NCBI GenBank assembly: GCA_963920595.1
Contig: OY986947.1
Location: 124,001-188,000 of the forward strand
Reading direction: 5' to 3'
DNA from: Eimeria praecox
Lineage: Eukaryota
Length of the DNA: 64,000 bases
The notes beneath the pieces are model-generated. The model was given only the letters and a program-made list of their open reading frames with translations, made no database searches and was not told where the DNA came from. Below are positions 24,657-39,600 of the stretch, piece by piece (positions within the stretch are counted from its first letter, which is position 1; the number at the start of each line of letters is the position of its first letter). A program made the translations under genes and the position numbers.

Positions 24657-27600
24657 CATGTTCGACGTCCCCGCAAATCTCAGAGAGATATAGCGCGTGA
24701 GGTACGTGTGAGGTACTTACCCGCTGCAGTCCCGTAATTGCCGGCAGCAAACACCACCCTACAATTGTTGCTTCCTCTCCGTGATGCGATTTAAATGGCT
24801 ACTCGAAAAAGCAGAATGTGGCATTTAGCTGCAATGGACGCACACCCGGTTTCCGACGTGTTCACTACTTCTGCCTCTCGGAGGGCTGCGCGCATTCTGT
24901 GCGCCTCTTCAAGGCATCATACCGCTGAAGCATATCCGTAGAAAAGCATTAGAAGCACCAAACTGAAGTTTCCAACACTCTTTAACGCCCCCTTAGCTCT
25001 TTATATTCAGTTTGCCTTCCACCTGCCATGCTACGTAGTGCCAGCAAAGGTGCTAAGGAAAGCACCAAGGTACCAGTGGTTAGTTCAAATGACAGCAAGA
25101 GCAAGGGGCATAGTCAAATCCCTACTAGAACTGGCTGGCTGCAAATTAAACACTCCAAACGAACAAACAGCCGTTTTCCCAGGCTATAAGTGTGCCTTGC
25201 AACATTTGAAACTGACTTTCTGTTCCGTGTGTCGGCCATTTCCTCCTAGCGTTCTGCTTCTTGCGTGACCAGATTCTGTTCTAAGCTCCAGAAACCCAAT
25301 CTCCAGCTCTTTGGCAGCTACGGTATAGCTCAGGGGACAATGCAGCACTCTCCCAACGAGTTTAGGCTTAGCTCAGCACTCGCAAACAGCTCAATCTGTG
25401 TAACGAACTTGGCATCATCTTAGCTTTCCGTCCCCATGCCTACTTGCAAACCTTCCTATTCACACTATTTCTAATCTGCGGCCACAGGGCCGCTGTGGCC
25501 TGGCACCTGTATCTCAGTGGTCATGCCTTCCCAGGCATCGGACAAGGCTTAGAGACAATAATTAAAACGCATGTCGTCTCTCTTTGTGTCTAGGTGTTTC
25601 TGAGCGCATGACGCGTAGCGGCCAGTTGTGGTCAAGCCCGCCCTAAGACTGCGTCGCATCAGTGCAACAAATGCCCGAACAATTCCTATAGGATCCGCTT
25701 TGCAGAGTGAAGCCACTATTAGCAAACGCCACCACATTTAGGCCAAGACACTGGATTAAAGCATGCGTTCTGGCGTGTATGCGAGTGGAACAGCGTCATG
25801 CACAAGCTGCAGACTGTGCAACTCTGCACGCCGTTAGCAATTGCACGATCTGCAGAGGTGCGGTATCTGTGGTACCTCGTGTAATCCCACACATTGTTCT
25901 GCGTTGCCAAGCCGCCAAGTATATGGCGGATTCGCACCTCCTGTAACCGCTCACGACAGCCTACGCAATCTCCGCCGTTCATCAAGGATGCAGGACGGGA
26001 TGCTGCGAAGCATATCTAGTTCGTGCGTGGAGCATAACCTTTTCCGGAATGTTGCAGTAGGTGTTTCTACTATGAACGCATTTCTGTCGAGAAATACACG
26101 GAAGGTCCATGAGATCGCGACCCAAGTTGCGCCTGCACTTGTGTATGCCCAGCTCATAACCGTAACTCACTCGCTGCGTTTCACGCATGCAGAACGCAAT
26201 CCGGATCCACTCCAGATAAAAGCTACTGTTCAAAACGTGCATTTTGCTAAACCAAAATGCGGACGCTCCAACCACGATGGCAGCACGCCAGCGGCAAGCT
26301 GAATAATGCTGCTTCCACACGTTATATGCTAAACCTGTGCGTACACTATATACCCTAATACACTGTAGTCCACCACAATGTCGCTGACACCGCGCAGCGC
26401 AGTCCACCATTCGATCCGCTAAGCAGTAGCCTAGTTGCAAAGCGTTGGGCATCAATCCTTAGGGCGTTCTTGCTCGTCATTCTGCTCAGTTGCTATCGCG
26501 CTTCAACAATCGCATCGCGAACCTCTCCCAACACCTGACACAGCTGCAGGAACGTGTAAAGGAACCACCATAAGGAAACGCGTAATCACAATATTCTTCA
26601 GTGTGCAGTTGTAGCTGCTAAAGACAAATATATCGGGATACTTGGTGGTTTATTGATGCATTTCCACATCTGCAACTAGTGCCTGCCTACACAACAGGCC
26701 TGCTTGCCGCCTAAAGTGGCAGGCAGCACAGTGCTGTCTCATGCACACCATCACAATATGATGTGCCGCCTCTAAAATATATGCCAAGTTCCTGAACACC
26801 ATTTCAAAGAGTGTGAGACTAGCTTCCCGCACACTGCACAGAAATACGGCAGGTGATACTACCAGATAATTTGCCTAGTGCATGTGACCTGTTTACGTAC
26901 GGATTTCTGAGCCGCGGAGTGTTAGGCGCATGCATACAAGCCCTGCTGCGCCACTGCCACAGCTATTGGGAGGCAATTATTAGAGAGAAAATACGCATGC
27001 CCCAGCCTTTTACATGCACGCAGCTCAGCGTGACACACTTGAGGTAGGGCTCTTAGACTGTTGATTTCAAGCTTCGCTTTTGCACCCTCTAGATCTTCTT
27101 TAATATGCTCCATCCGTAGAGTGCTCTTCGTGTCGATTTCTCGAATTCACTAATGGTTCGAAATGCAAAGCTAGAAGAGTTGGTGCACTAGGCGCCAATA
27201 GATAAAAACTAAAACACGCCTGCTGCACCCGCATACGGCACCTGAATGCAACTGTGCTGGTCACCCGCATCGATGGAAAAATCATTTGCACACACTTCAA
27301 AACGCTTCTTACCCTTGAAGACACCTGCACCGCGTGCAGCTGTGCACTATCAACCCCTCGCCGCCTAGTAAACATCTGGGTGATACCGTTCTCAGCTTGA
27401 TCATTCCAAAACAATCATGGAGCGGTAACTGCTCAGGGCTCGCATCAGCAGAACGTTAAAGCAAACCACCTGAGAAGATCAGCTGCAGCAACATTTGTCG
27501 AACTAAGTACGCCAACACGTGCTATGGCATCCACTCACCCCCCCCTTGCCGCCAGTTACTACTGTTGCCAGTAGTGCGCACAAGGCGCTGGTAAGCCACG

Positions 27601-30600
27601 CCTTTAAAGTCTTGTGTGCATAAACACTCGTACGATCACATATCTGCGGAACATAGATCCACGTGTCAGGCCTGGCGCCATGGTTGCGCTGTCGCAGCGT
27701 TCTTGCCGCTTGGCGAATCCTATAATATCTCTTCATTACGAAACCCAATGGTCAATGGGAAGAGAAGCATACACTCCGTATGGAACACGTCTTCAACCAG
27801 CCAAGTGCACGTTCATGAGTTCATGGCTTTCGTAGAGCACCCCAATTCCGCGTCTCAAAGCTACGCACTGTAGCTGCTTCTTTTTGGAGGCTGCGAAGAA
27901 GTTACTTTTATTCATAAACGCACCTCCTTTTTTCCGCGTACACATGTCATGGGATATTGCGTTTGCTAGCGAGCCCGCAACATCCGCTGCTATCCTTCAA
28001 CAAGTTCTGGCGCATTTAGGGGAGAGTACAAATACGCGTATCGGGAACCGTCTCAGACATACAGAACATTCACATATGCACTGCAGCTATGCGCTCCTTC
28101 CTCCTAGTCATCACTCATGCAGCCCACGGAGCAACCTGTGATGTGGCCCGCTCTCACAGGGAAAGGCATGCCTCTTCTTCTGGAGAGGGCTCGAGTACAT
28201 ACTAGTGCGTTGCCTGAGTGCTTTTAACATCGGAAGCCAAGTTCAACTGTGCACCCCTGTGCACGAAGGCTGACTCAAGCATGCTGCGTGCTGCAAGACT
28301 CCACCAACGCTCAACAATATTAAACAAATAAAAACTTCTATCCTGCATCATTCAAACATGGCGCGCCATCTCCTAACCTGACGGATATTCTCCACATCAC
28401 CCCCACCCTTGCAGGAAGCTTCTGTAGGAGGACAGTACAAAACATCCACCCCTTCAAGCCCGTTGCTCTTGCGGCTGTCAAAAGCATTGTTTGTGCTTTT
28501 CAATAGCCTTCCGGCCACGTTTATGCAGTTATGAAAAACTCCGGTTGCTACTGCTCATGCCGAGCCAGAACACCACTCCGCATCCCCATGCTCGTGGGCA
28601 CCGCACCTCTCTAGTGTTGCTTACTCGGCGTATAGTGTTAGAAACGGTTATCCAACTCTGCAAAATGTGGCTCGCATCTGCGATACGAGCAACCAAATTC
28701 CCTCGGCACCTTAAAATTGTCGGTCCTTCCTCGAGGCTGCGCGCGGGCGCTGTGCGCTCTATTCCATGTTCGAAATCCCCGCAAATCTCAGAGAGATATA
28801 GCGCGTGAGGTACGTGTGAGGTACTTACCCGCTGCAGTCCCGTAGTTGCCGGCAGCAAACACCACCCTACAATTGTTGCTCCCTCTCCGTGATGCGATTT
28901 AAATGGCTACTCGAAAAAGCAGAATGTGGCATTTAGCTGCAATGGACGCACACCCGGTTTCCGACGTGTTCACTACTTCTGCCTCTCGGAGGGCTGCGCG
29001 CATTCTGTGCGCCTCTTCAAGGCATCATACCGCTGACGCATATCCGTAGAAAAGCATTAGGAGCACCAAACTGAAGTTTCCAACACTCTTTAACGCCCCC
29101 TTAGCTCTTTATATTCAGTTTGCCTTCCACCTCCCATGCTACGTAGTGCCAGCAAAGGTGCTAAGGAAAGCACCAAGGTACCAGCGGTTAGTTCAAATGA
29201 CAGCAAGAGCAAGGGGCATAGTCAAATCCCTACTAGAACTGGCTGGCTGCAAATTAAACACTCCAAACGAACAAACAGCCGTTTTCCCAGGCTATAAGTG
29301 TGCCTTGCAACATTTGAAACTGACTTTCTGTTCCGTGTGTCGGCCATTTCCTCCTAGCGTTCTGCTTCTTGCGTGACCAGATTCTGTTCTAAGCTCCAGA
29401 AACCCAATCTCCAGCTCTTTGGCAGCTACGGTATAGCTCAGGGGACAATGCAGCACTCTCCCAACGAGTTTAGGCTTAGCTCAGCACTCGCAAACAGCTC
29501 AATCTGTGTAACGAACTTGGCATCATCTTAGCTTTCCGTCCCCATGCCTACTTGCAAACCTTCCTATTCACACTATTTCTAATCTGCGGCCACAGGGCCG
29601 CTGTGGCCTGGCACCTGTATCTCAGTGGTCATGCCTTCCCAGGCACCGGACAAGGCTTAGAGACAATAATTAAAACGCATGTCGTCGCTCTTTGTGTCTA
29701 GGTGTTTCTGAGCGCATGACGCGTAGCGGCCAGTTGTGGTCAAGCCCGCCCTAAGACTGCGTCGCATCAGTGCAACAAATGCCCGAACAATTCCTATAGG
29801 ATCCGCTTTGCAGAGTGGAGCCACTATTAACAAACTCCACCACATGTAGGCCAACAGACTGGATTAAAACATGCGTTCTGACGTGTATGCGAGTGGAACA
29901 GCGTCATGCACAAGCTGTAGACTGTGCAACTCTGCACGCCGTTAGCAATTGCACGATCTGCAGAGGTGCGGTATCTGTGGTACCTCGTGTAATCCCACAC
30001 ATTGTTCTGCGTTGCCAAGCCGCCAAGTGTATGGCGGATTCGCGCCTCGTGCAACCGCTCACGACAGCCTACGCAATCTCCGCCGTTCATCAAGGATGCA
30101 GGACGGGATGCTGCGAAGCATATCTAGTTCGTGCGTGGAGCATAACCTTTTCCGGAATGTTGCAGTAGGTGTTTCTACTATGAACGCATTTCTGTCGAGA
30201 AATACACGGAAGGTCCATGAGATCGCGACCCAAGTTGCGCCTGCACTTGTGTATGCACAGCTCATAACCGTAACTCACTCGCTGCGTTTCATGCATGCAG
30301 AACGCAATCCGGATCCACTCCAGATAAAAGCTACTGTTCAAAACGTGCATTTTGCTAAACCAAAATGCGGACGCTCCAACCACGATGGCAGCACGCCAGC
30401 GGCCAGCTGAATAATGCTGCTTCCACACGTTATATGCTAAACCTGTGCGTACACTATATACCCTAATACACTGTAGTCCACCACAATGTCGCTGACACCG
30501 CGCAGCGCAGTCCACCATTCGATCCGCTAAGCAGTAGCCTAGTTGCAAAGCGTTGGGCATCAATCCTTAGGGCGTTCTTGCTCGTCATTCTGCTCAGTTG

Positions 30601-33600
30601 CTATCGCGCTTCAACAATCGCATCGCGAACCTCTCCCAACACCTGACACAGCTGCAGGAACGTGTAAAGGAACCACCATAAGGAAACGCGTAATCACAAT
30701 ATTCTTCAGTGTGCAGTTGTAGCTGCTAAAGACAAATATATCGGGATACTTGGTGGTTTATTGATGCATTTCCACATCTGCAACTAGTGCCTGCCTACAC
30801 AACAGGCCTGCTTGCCGCCTAAAGTGGCAGGCAGCACAGTGCTGTCTCATGCACACCATCACAATATGATGTGCCGCCTCTAAAATATATGCCAAGTTCC
30901 TGAACACCATTTCAAAGAGTGTGAGACTAGCTTCCCGCACACTGCACAGAAATACGGCAGGTGATACTACCAGATAATTTGCCTAGTGCATGTGACCTGT
31001 TTACGTACGGATTTCTGAGCCGCGGAGTGTTAGGCGCATGCATACAAGCCCTGCTGCGCCACTGCCACAGCTATTGGGAGGCAATTATTAGAGAGAAAAT
31101 ACGCATGCCCCAGCCTTTTACATGCACGCAGCTCAGCGTGACACACTTGAGGTAGGGCTCTTAGACTGTTGATTTCAAGCTTCGCTTTTGCACCCTCTAG
31201 ATCTTCTTTAATATGCTCCATCCGTAGAGTGCTCTTCGTGTCGATTTCTCGAATTCACTAATGGTTCGAAATGCAAAGCTAGAAGAGTTGGTGCACTAGG
31301 CGCCAATAGATAAAAACTAAAACACGCCTGCTGCACCCGCATACGGCACCTGAATGCAACTGTGCTGGTCACCTGCATCGATGGAAAAATCATTTGCACA
31401 CACTTCAAAACGCTTCTTACCCTTGAAGACACCTGCACCGCGTGCAGCTGTGCACGTTCTCAACCCCTCGCCGCCTAGTAAACATCTGGGTGATACCGTT
31501 CTCAGCTTGATCATTCCAAAACAATCATGGAGCGGTAACTGCTCAGGGCTCGCATCAGCAGAACGTTAAAGCAAACCACCTGAGAAGATCAGCTGCAGCA
31601 ACGTTTGTCGAACTAAGTACGCCAACACGTGCTATGGCATCCACTCACCCCCCCCTTGCCGCCAGTTACTACTGTTGCCAGTAGTGCGCACAAGGCGCTG
31701 GTAAGCCACGCATTTAAAGTCTTGTGTGCATAAACACTCGTACGATCACATATCTGCGGAACATAGATCCACGTGTCACTCATGCAGCCCACAGAGCAAC
31801 CTTTGTTGCGGCCAGCTCTCACAGGGAAAGGCATGCCTCTTTTTCTGGCGAGGGCTCGAGAACATACTAGTGCGTTGCCTGAGTGCTTTTAACATCGGAA
31901 GCCAAGTTCAACTGTGCACCCCTGTGCACGAAGGCTGACTCAAGCATGCTGCGTGCTGCAAGACTCCACCAACGCTCAACAATATTAAACAAATAAAAAC
32001 TTCTATCCTGCATCATTCAAACATGGCGCGCCATCTCCTAACCTGACGGATATTCTCCACATCACCCCCAGCCTTGCAGGAAGCTTCTGTAGGAGGACAG
32101 TACAAAACATCCACCCCTTCAAGCCCGTTGCTCTTGCGGCTGTCAAAAGCATTGCTTGTGCTTTTCAATAGCCTTCCAGCCGCGTGTATGCAGTTATGAA
32201 AAACTCCGGTTGCTACTGCTCATGCCGAGCCAGAACAGTATTACGCACCCCCATGCTCGTGGGCACCGCACCTCTATAGTGTTGCTTACTCGGCGTATAG
32301 TGTTAGAAACGGTTATCCAACTCTGCAAAATGTGGCTCGCATCTGCGATACGAGCAACCAAATTCCCTCGGCACCTTAAAATTCTCGGTCCTTCTTCGAG
32401 GCTGCGCGCGTTCTGTGCGCCTCTTCAAGGCATCATACCGCTGAAGCATATCCGTAGAAAAGCATTAGGAGCACCAAACTGAAGTTTCCAACACTCTTTA
32501 ACGCCCCCTTAGCTCTTTATATTCAGTTTGCCTTCCACCTGCCATGCTACGTAGTGCCAGCAAAGATGCTAAGGAAAGCACCAAGGTACCAGCGGTTAGT
32601 TCAAATGACAGCAAGAGCAAGGGGCATAGTCAAATCCCTACTAGAACTGGCTGGCTGCAAATTAAACACTCCAAACGAACAAACAGCCGTTTTCCCAGGC
32701 TATAAGTGTGCCTTGCAACATTTGAAACTGACTTTCTGTTCCGTGTGTCGGCCATTTCCTCCTAGCGTTCTGCTTCTTGCGTGACCAGATTCTGTTCTAA
32801 GCTCCAGAAACCCAATCTCCAGCTCTTTGGCAGCTACGGTATAGCTCAGGGGACAATGCGGCACTCTCCCAACGAGTTTAGGCTTAGCTCAGCACTCGCA
32901 AACAGCTCAATCTGTGTAACGAACTTGGCATCATCTTAGCTTTCCGTCCCCATGCCTACTTGCAAACCTTCCTATTCACACTATTTCTAATCTGCGGCCA
33001 CAGGGCCGCTGTGGCCTGGCACCTGTATCTCAGTGGTCATGCCTTCCCAGGCACCGGACAAGGCTTAGAGACAATAATTAAAACGCATGTCGTCGCTCTT
33101 TGTGTCTAGGTGTTTCTGAGCGCATGACGCGTAGCGGCCAGTTGTGGTCAAGCCCGCCCTAAGACTGCGTCGCATCAGTGCAACAAATGCCCGAACAATT
33201 CCTATAGGATCCGCTTTGCAGAGTGGAGCCACTATTAACAAACTCCACCACATGTAGGCCAACAGACTGGATTAAAACATGCGTTCTGACGTGTATGCGA
33301 GTGGAACAGCGTCATGCACAAGCTGTAGACTGTGCAACTCTGCACGCCGTTAGCAATTGCACGATCTGCAGAGGTGCGGTATCTGTGGTACCTCGTGTAA
33401 TCCCACACATTGTTCTGCGTTGCCAAGCCGCCAAGTGTATGGCGGATTCGCACCTCGTGCAACCGCTCACGACAGCCTACGCAATCTCCGCCGTTCATCA
33501 AGGATGCAGGACGGGATGCTGCGAAGCATATCTAGTTCGTGCGTGGAGCATAACCTTTTCCGGAATGTTGCAGTAGGTGTTTCTACTATGAACGCATTTC

Positions 33601-36600
33601 TGTCGAGAAATACACAGACGGTCCATGAGATCGCGACCCAAGTTGCGCCTGCACTTGTGTATGCACAGCTCATAACCGTAACTCACTCGCTGCGTTTCAT
33701 GCATGCAGAACGCAATCCGGATCCACTCCAGATAAAAGCTACTGTTCAAAACGTGCATTTTGCCAAACCAAAATGCGGACGCTCCAACCACGATGGCGGC
33801 ACGCCAGCGGCAAGCTGAATAATGCTGCTTCCACACGTTATATGCTAAACCTTTGCGTACACTACATACCCTAATACACTGTAGTCCACCACAATGTCGC
33901 TGACACCGCGCAGCGCAGTCCACCATTCGATCCGCTAAGCAGTAGCCTAGTTGCAAAGCGTTGGGCATCAATCCTTAGGGCGTTCTTGCTCGTCATTCTG
34001 CTCAGTTGCTATCGCGCTTCAACAATCGCATCGCGAACCTCTCCCAACACCTGACACAGCTGCAGGAACGTGTAAAGGAACCACCATAAGGAAACGCGTA
34101 ATCACAATATTCTTCAGTGTGCAGTTGTAGCTGCTAAAGACAAATATATCGGGATACTTGGTGGTTTATTGATGCATTTCCATATCTGCAACTAGTGCCT
34201 GCCTACACAACAGGCCTGCTTGCCGCCTAAAGTGGCAGGCAGCACAGTGCTGTCTCATGCACACCATCACAATATGATGTGCCGCCTCTAAAATATATGC
34301 CAAGTTCCTGAACACCATTTCAAAGAGTGTGAGACTAGCTTCCCGCACACTGCACAGAAATACGGCAGGTGATACTACCAGATAATTTGCCTAGTGCATG
34401 TGACCTGTTTACGTACGGATTTCTGAGCCGCGGAGTGTTAGGCGCATGCATACAAGCCCTGCTGCGCCACTGCCACAGCTATTGGGAGGCAATTATTAGA
34501 GAGAAAATACGCATGCCCCAGCCTTTTACATGCACGCAGCTCAGCGTGACACACTTGAGGTAGGGCTCTTAGACTGTTGATTTCAAGCTTCGCTTTTGCA
34601 CCCTCTAGATCTTCTTTAATATGCTCCATCCGTAGAGTGCTCTTCGTGTCGATTTCTCGAATTCACTAATGGTTCGAAATGCAAAGCTAGAAGAGTTGGT
34701 GCACTAGGCGCCAATAGATAAAAACTAAAACACGCCTGCTGCACCCGCATACGGCACCTGAATGCAACTGTGCTGGTCACCCGCATCGATGGAAAAATCA
34801 TTTGCACACACTTCAAAACGCTTCTTACCCTTGAAGACACCTGCACCGCGTGCAGCTGTGCACTATCAACCCCTCGCCGCCTAGTAAACATCTGGGTGAT
34901 ACCGTTCTCAGCTTGATCATTCCAAAACAATCATGGAGCGGTAACTGCTCAGGGCTCGCATCAGCAGAACGTTGAAGCAAACCACCTGAGAAGATCAGCT
35001 GCAGCAACGTTTGTCGAACTAAGTACGCCAACACGTGCTATGGCATCCACTCACCCCCCCCTTGCCGCCAGTTACTACTGTTGCCAGTAGTGCGCACAAG
35101 GCGCTGGTAAGCCACGCATTTAAAGTCTTGTGTGCATAAACACTCGTACGATCACATATCTGCGGAACATAGATCCACGTGTCACTCATGCAGCCCACAG
35201 AGCAACCTTTGTTGCGGCCAGCTCTCACAGGGAAAGGCATGCCTCTTTTTCTGGCGAGGGCTCGAGAACATACTAGTGCGTTGCCTGAGTGCTTTTAACA
35301 TCGGAAGCCAAGTTCAACTGTGCACCCCTGTGCACGAAGGCTGACTCAAGCATGCTGCGTGCTGCAAGACTCCACCAACGCTCAACAATATTAAACAAAT
35401 AAAAACTTCTATCCTGCATCATTCAAACATGGCGCGCCATCTCCTAACCTGACGGATATTCTCCACATCACCCCCCACCCTTGCAGGAAGCTTCTGTAGG
35501 AGGACAGTACAAAACATCCACCCCTTCAAGCCCGTTGCTCTTGCGGCTGTCAAAAGCATTGCTTGTGCTTTTCAATAGCCTTCCAGCCGCGTTTATGCAG
35601 TTATGAAAAACTCCGGTTGCTACTGCTCATGCCGAGCCAGAACAGTATTACGCACCCCCATGCTCGTGGGCACCGCACCTCTCTAGTGTTGCTTACTCGG
35701 CGTATAGTGTTAGAAACGGTTATCCAACTCTGCAAAATGTGACTCGTGTCTGCGATACGAGCAACCAAATTCCCTCGGCACCTTAAAATTGTCGGTCCTT
35801 CCTCGAGGCTGCGCGCGTTCTGTGCGCCTCTTCAAGGCATCATACCGCTGACGCATATCCGTAGAAAAGCATTAGGAGCACCAAACTGAAGTTTCCAACA
35901 CTTTTTAACGCCCCCTTAGCTCTTTATATTCAGTTTGCCTTCCACCTCCCATGCTACGTAGTGCCAGCAAAGATGCTAAGGAAAGCACCAAGGTACCAGC
36001 GGTTAGTTCAAATGACAGCAAGAGCAAGGGGCATAGTCAAATCCCTACTAGAACTGGCTGGCTGCAAATTAAACACTCCAAACGAACAAACAGCCGTTTT
36101 CCCAGGCTATAAGTGTGCCTTGCAACATTTGAAACTGACTTTCTGTTCCGTGTGTCGGCCATTTCCTCCTAGCGTTCTGCTTCTTGCGTGACCAGATTCT
36201 GTTCTAAGCTCCAGAAACCCAATCTCCAGCTCTTTGGCAGCTACGGTATAGCTCAGGGGACAATGCGGCACTCTCCCAACGAGTTTAGGCTTAGCTCAGC
36301 ACTCGCAAACAGCTCAATCTGTGTAACGAACTTGGCATCGTCTTAGCTTTCCGTCCCCATGCCTACTTGCAAACCTTCCTATTCACACTATTTCTAATCT
36401 GCGGCCACAGGGCCGCTGTGGCCTGGCACCTGTATCTCAGTGGTCATGCCTTCCCAGGCACCGGACAAGGCTTAGAGACAATAATTAAAACGCATGTCGT
36501 CGCTCTTTGTGTCTAGGTGTTTCTGAGCGCATGACGCGTAGCGGCCAGTTGTGGTCAAGCCCGCCCTAAGACTGCGTCGCATCAGTGCAACAAATGCCCG

Positions 36601-39600
36601 AACAATTCCTATAGGATCCGCTTTGCAGAGTGGAGCCACTATTAACAAACTCCACCACATGTAGGCCAACAGACTGGATTAAAACATGCGTTCTGACGTG
36701 TATGCGAGTGGAACAGCGTCATGCACAAGCTGTAGACTGTGCAACTCTGCACGCCGTTAGCAATTGCACGATCTGCAGAGGTGCGGTATCTGTGGTACCT
36801 CGTGTAATCCCACACATTGTTCTGCGTTGCCAAGCCGCCAAGTGTATGGCGGATTCGCACCTCCTGCAACCGCTCACGACAGCCTACGCAATCTCCGCCG
36901 TTCATCAAGGATGCAGGACGGGATGCTGCGAAGCATATCTAGTTCGTGCGTGGAGCATAACCTTTTCCGGAATGTTGCAGTAGGTGTTTCTACTATGAAC
37001 GCATTTCTGTCGAGAAATACACAGAAGGTCCATGAGATCGCGACCCAAGTTGCGCCTGCACTTGTGTATGCACAGCTCATAACCGTAACTCAATGGCTGC
37101 CTTTCACGCATGCAGAACGCAATCCGGATCCACTCCAGATAAAAGCTACTGTTCAAAACGTGCATTTTGCTAAACCAAAATGCGGACGCTCCAACCACGA
37201 TGGCAGCACGCCAGCGGCAAGCTGAATAATGCTGCTTCCACACGTTATATGCTAAACCTTTGCGTACACTTTATACCCTAATACACTGTAGTCCACCACA
37301 ATGTCGCTGACACCGCGCAGCGCAGTCCACCATTCGATCCGCTAAGCAGTAGCCTAGTTGCAAAGCGTTGGGCATCAATCCTTAGGGCGTTCTTGCTCGT
37401 CATTCTGCTCAGTTGCTATCGCGCTTCAACAATCGCATCGCGAACCTCTCCCAACACCTGACACAGCTGCAGGAACGTGTAAAGGAACCACCATAAGGAA
37501 ACGCGTAATCACAATATTCTTCAGTGTGCAGTTGTAGCTGCTAAAGACAAATATATCGGGATGCTTGGTGGTTTATTGATGCATTTCCATATCTGCAACT
37601 AGTGCCTGCCTACACAACAGGCCTGCTTGCCGCCTAAAGTGGCAGGCAGCACAGTGCTGTCTCATGCACACCATCACAATATGATGTGCCGCCTCTAAAA
37701 TATATGCCAAGTTCCTGAACACCATTTCAAAGAGTGTGAGACTAGCTTCCCGCACACTGCACAGAAATACGGCAGGTGATACTACCAGATAATTTGCCTA
37801 GTGCATGTGACCTGTTTACGTACGGATTTCTGAGCCGCGGAGTGTTAGGCGCATGCATACAAGCCCTGCTGCGCCACTGCTACAGCTATTGGGAGGCAAT
37901 TATTAGATAGAAAATACGCATGCCCCAGCCTTTTACATGCACGCAGCTCAGCGTGACACACTTGAGGTAGGGCTCTTAGACTGTTGATTTCAAGCTTCGC
38001 TTTTGCACCCTCTAGATCTTCTTTAATATGCTCCATCCGTAGAGTGCTCTTCGTGTCGATTTCTCGAATTCACTAATGGTTCGAAATGCAAAGCTAGAAG
38101 AGTTGGTGCACTAGGCGCCAATAGATAAAAACTAAAACACGCCTGCTGCACCCGCATACGGCACCTGAATGCAACTGTGCTGGTCACCCGCATCGATGGA
38201 AAAATCATTTGCACACACTTCAAAACGCTTCTTACCCTTGAAGACACCTGCACCGCGTGCAGCTGTGCACGTTCTCAACCCCTCGCCGCCTAGTAAACAT
38301 CTGGGTGATACCGTTCTCAGCTTGATCATTCCAAAACAATCATGGAGCGGTAACTGCTCAGGGCTCGCATCAGCAGAACGTTGAAGCAAACCACCTGAGA
38401 AGATCAGCTGCAGCAACGTTTGTCGAACTAAGTACGCCAACACGTGCTATGGCATCCACTCACCCCCCCTTGCCGCCAGTTACTACTGTTGCCAGTAGTG
38501 CGCACAAGGCGCTGGTAAGCCACGCATTTAAAGTCTTGTGTGCATAAACACTCGTACGATCACATATCTGCGGAACATAGATCCACGTGTCAGGCCTGGC
38601 GCCATGGTTGCGCTGTCGCAGCGTTCTTGCCGCTTGGCGAATCCTATAATATCTCTTCATTACGAAACCCAATGGTCAATGGGAAGAGAAGCATACACTC
38701 CGTATGGAACACGTCTTCAACCAGCCAAGTGCACGTTCATGAGTTCATGGCTTTCGTAGAGCACCCCAATTCCGCGTCTCAAAGCTACGCACTGTAGCTG
38801 CTTCTTTTTGGAGGCTGCGAAGAAGTTACTTTTATTCATAAACGCACCTCCTTTTTTCCGCGTACACATGTCATGGGATATTGCGTTTGCTAGCGAGCCC
38901 GCAACATCCGCTGCTATCCTTCAACAAGTTCTGGCACATTTAGGGGAGAGTACAAATACGCGTATCGGGAACCGTCTCAGACATACAGAACATTCACATA
39001 TGCACTGCAGCTATGCGCTCCTTCCTCCTAGTCATCACTCATGCAGCCCACGGAGCAACCTGTGATGTGGCCCGCTCTCACAGGGAAAGGCATGCCTCTT
39101 CTTCTGGAGAAGGCTCGAGTACATACTAGTGCGTTGCCTGAGTGCTTTTAACATCGGAAGCCAAGTTCAACTGTGCACCCCTGTGCACGAAGGCTGACTC
39201 AAGCATGCTGCGTGCTGCAAGACTCCACCAACGCTCAACAATATTAAACAAATAAAAACTTCTATCCTGCATCATTCAAACATGGCGCGCCATCTCCTAA
39301 CCTGACGGATATTCTCCACATCACCCCCAGCCTTGCAGGAAGCTTCTGTAGGAGGACAGTACAAAACATCCACCCCTTCAAGGCCGTTGCTCTTGCGGCT
39401 GTCAAAAGCATTGTTTGTGCTTTTCAATATCCTTCCGGCCACGTTTATGCAGTTATGAAAAACTCCGGTTGCTACTGCTCATGCCGAGCCAGAACAGAAT
39501 TACGCACCCCCATGCTCGTGGGCACCGCACCTCTCTAGTGTTGCTAACTCCCCGTACAGTGTTAGAAAACATTATCTTAATCTGCAAAATGTGACTCGCA

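Noticed and set aside
25841..26302. Plus-strand ORFs in C units (153 aa and others) and 59060-59434 in E
   Set aside because: They are largely shadow frames sharing wobble positions with minus-strand frames. Stop counts and substitution patterns, where checked, favour the minus strand.
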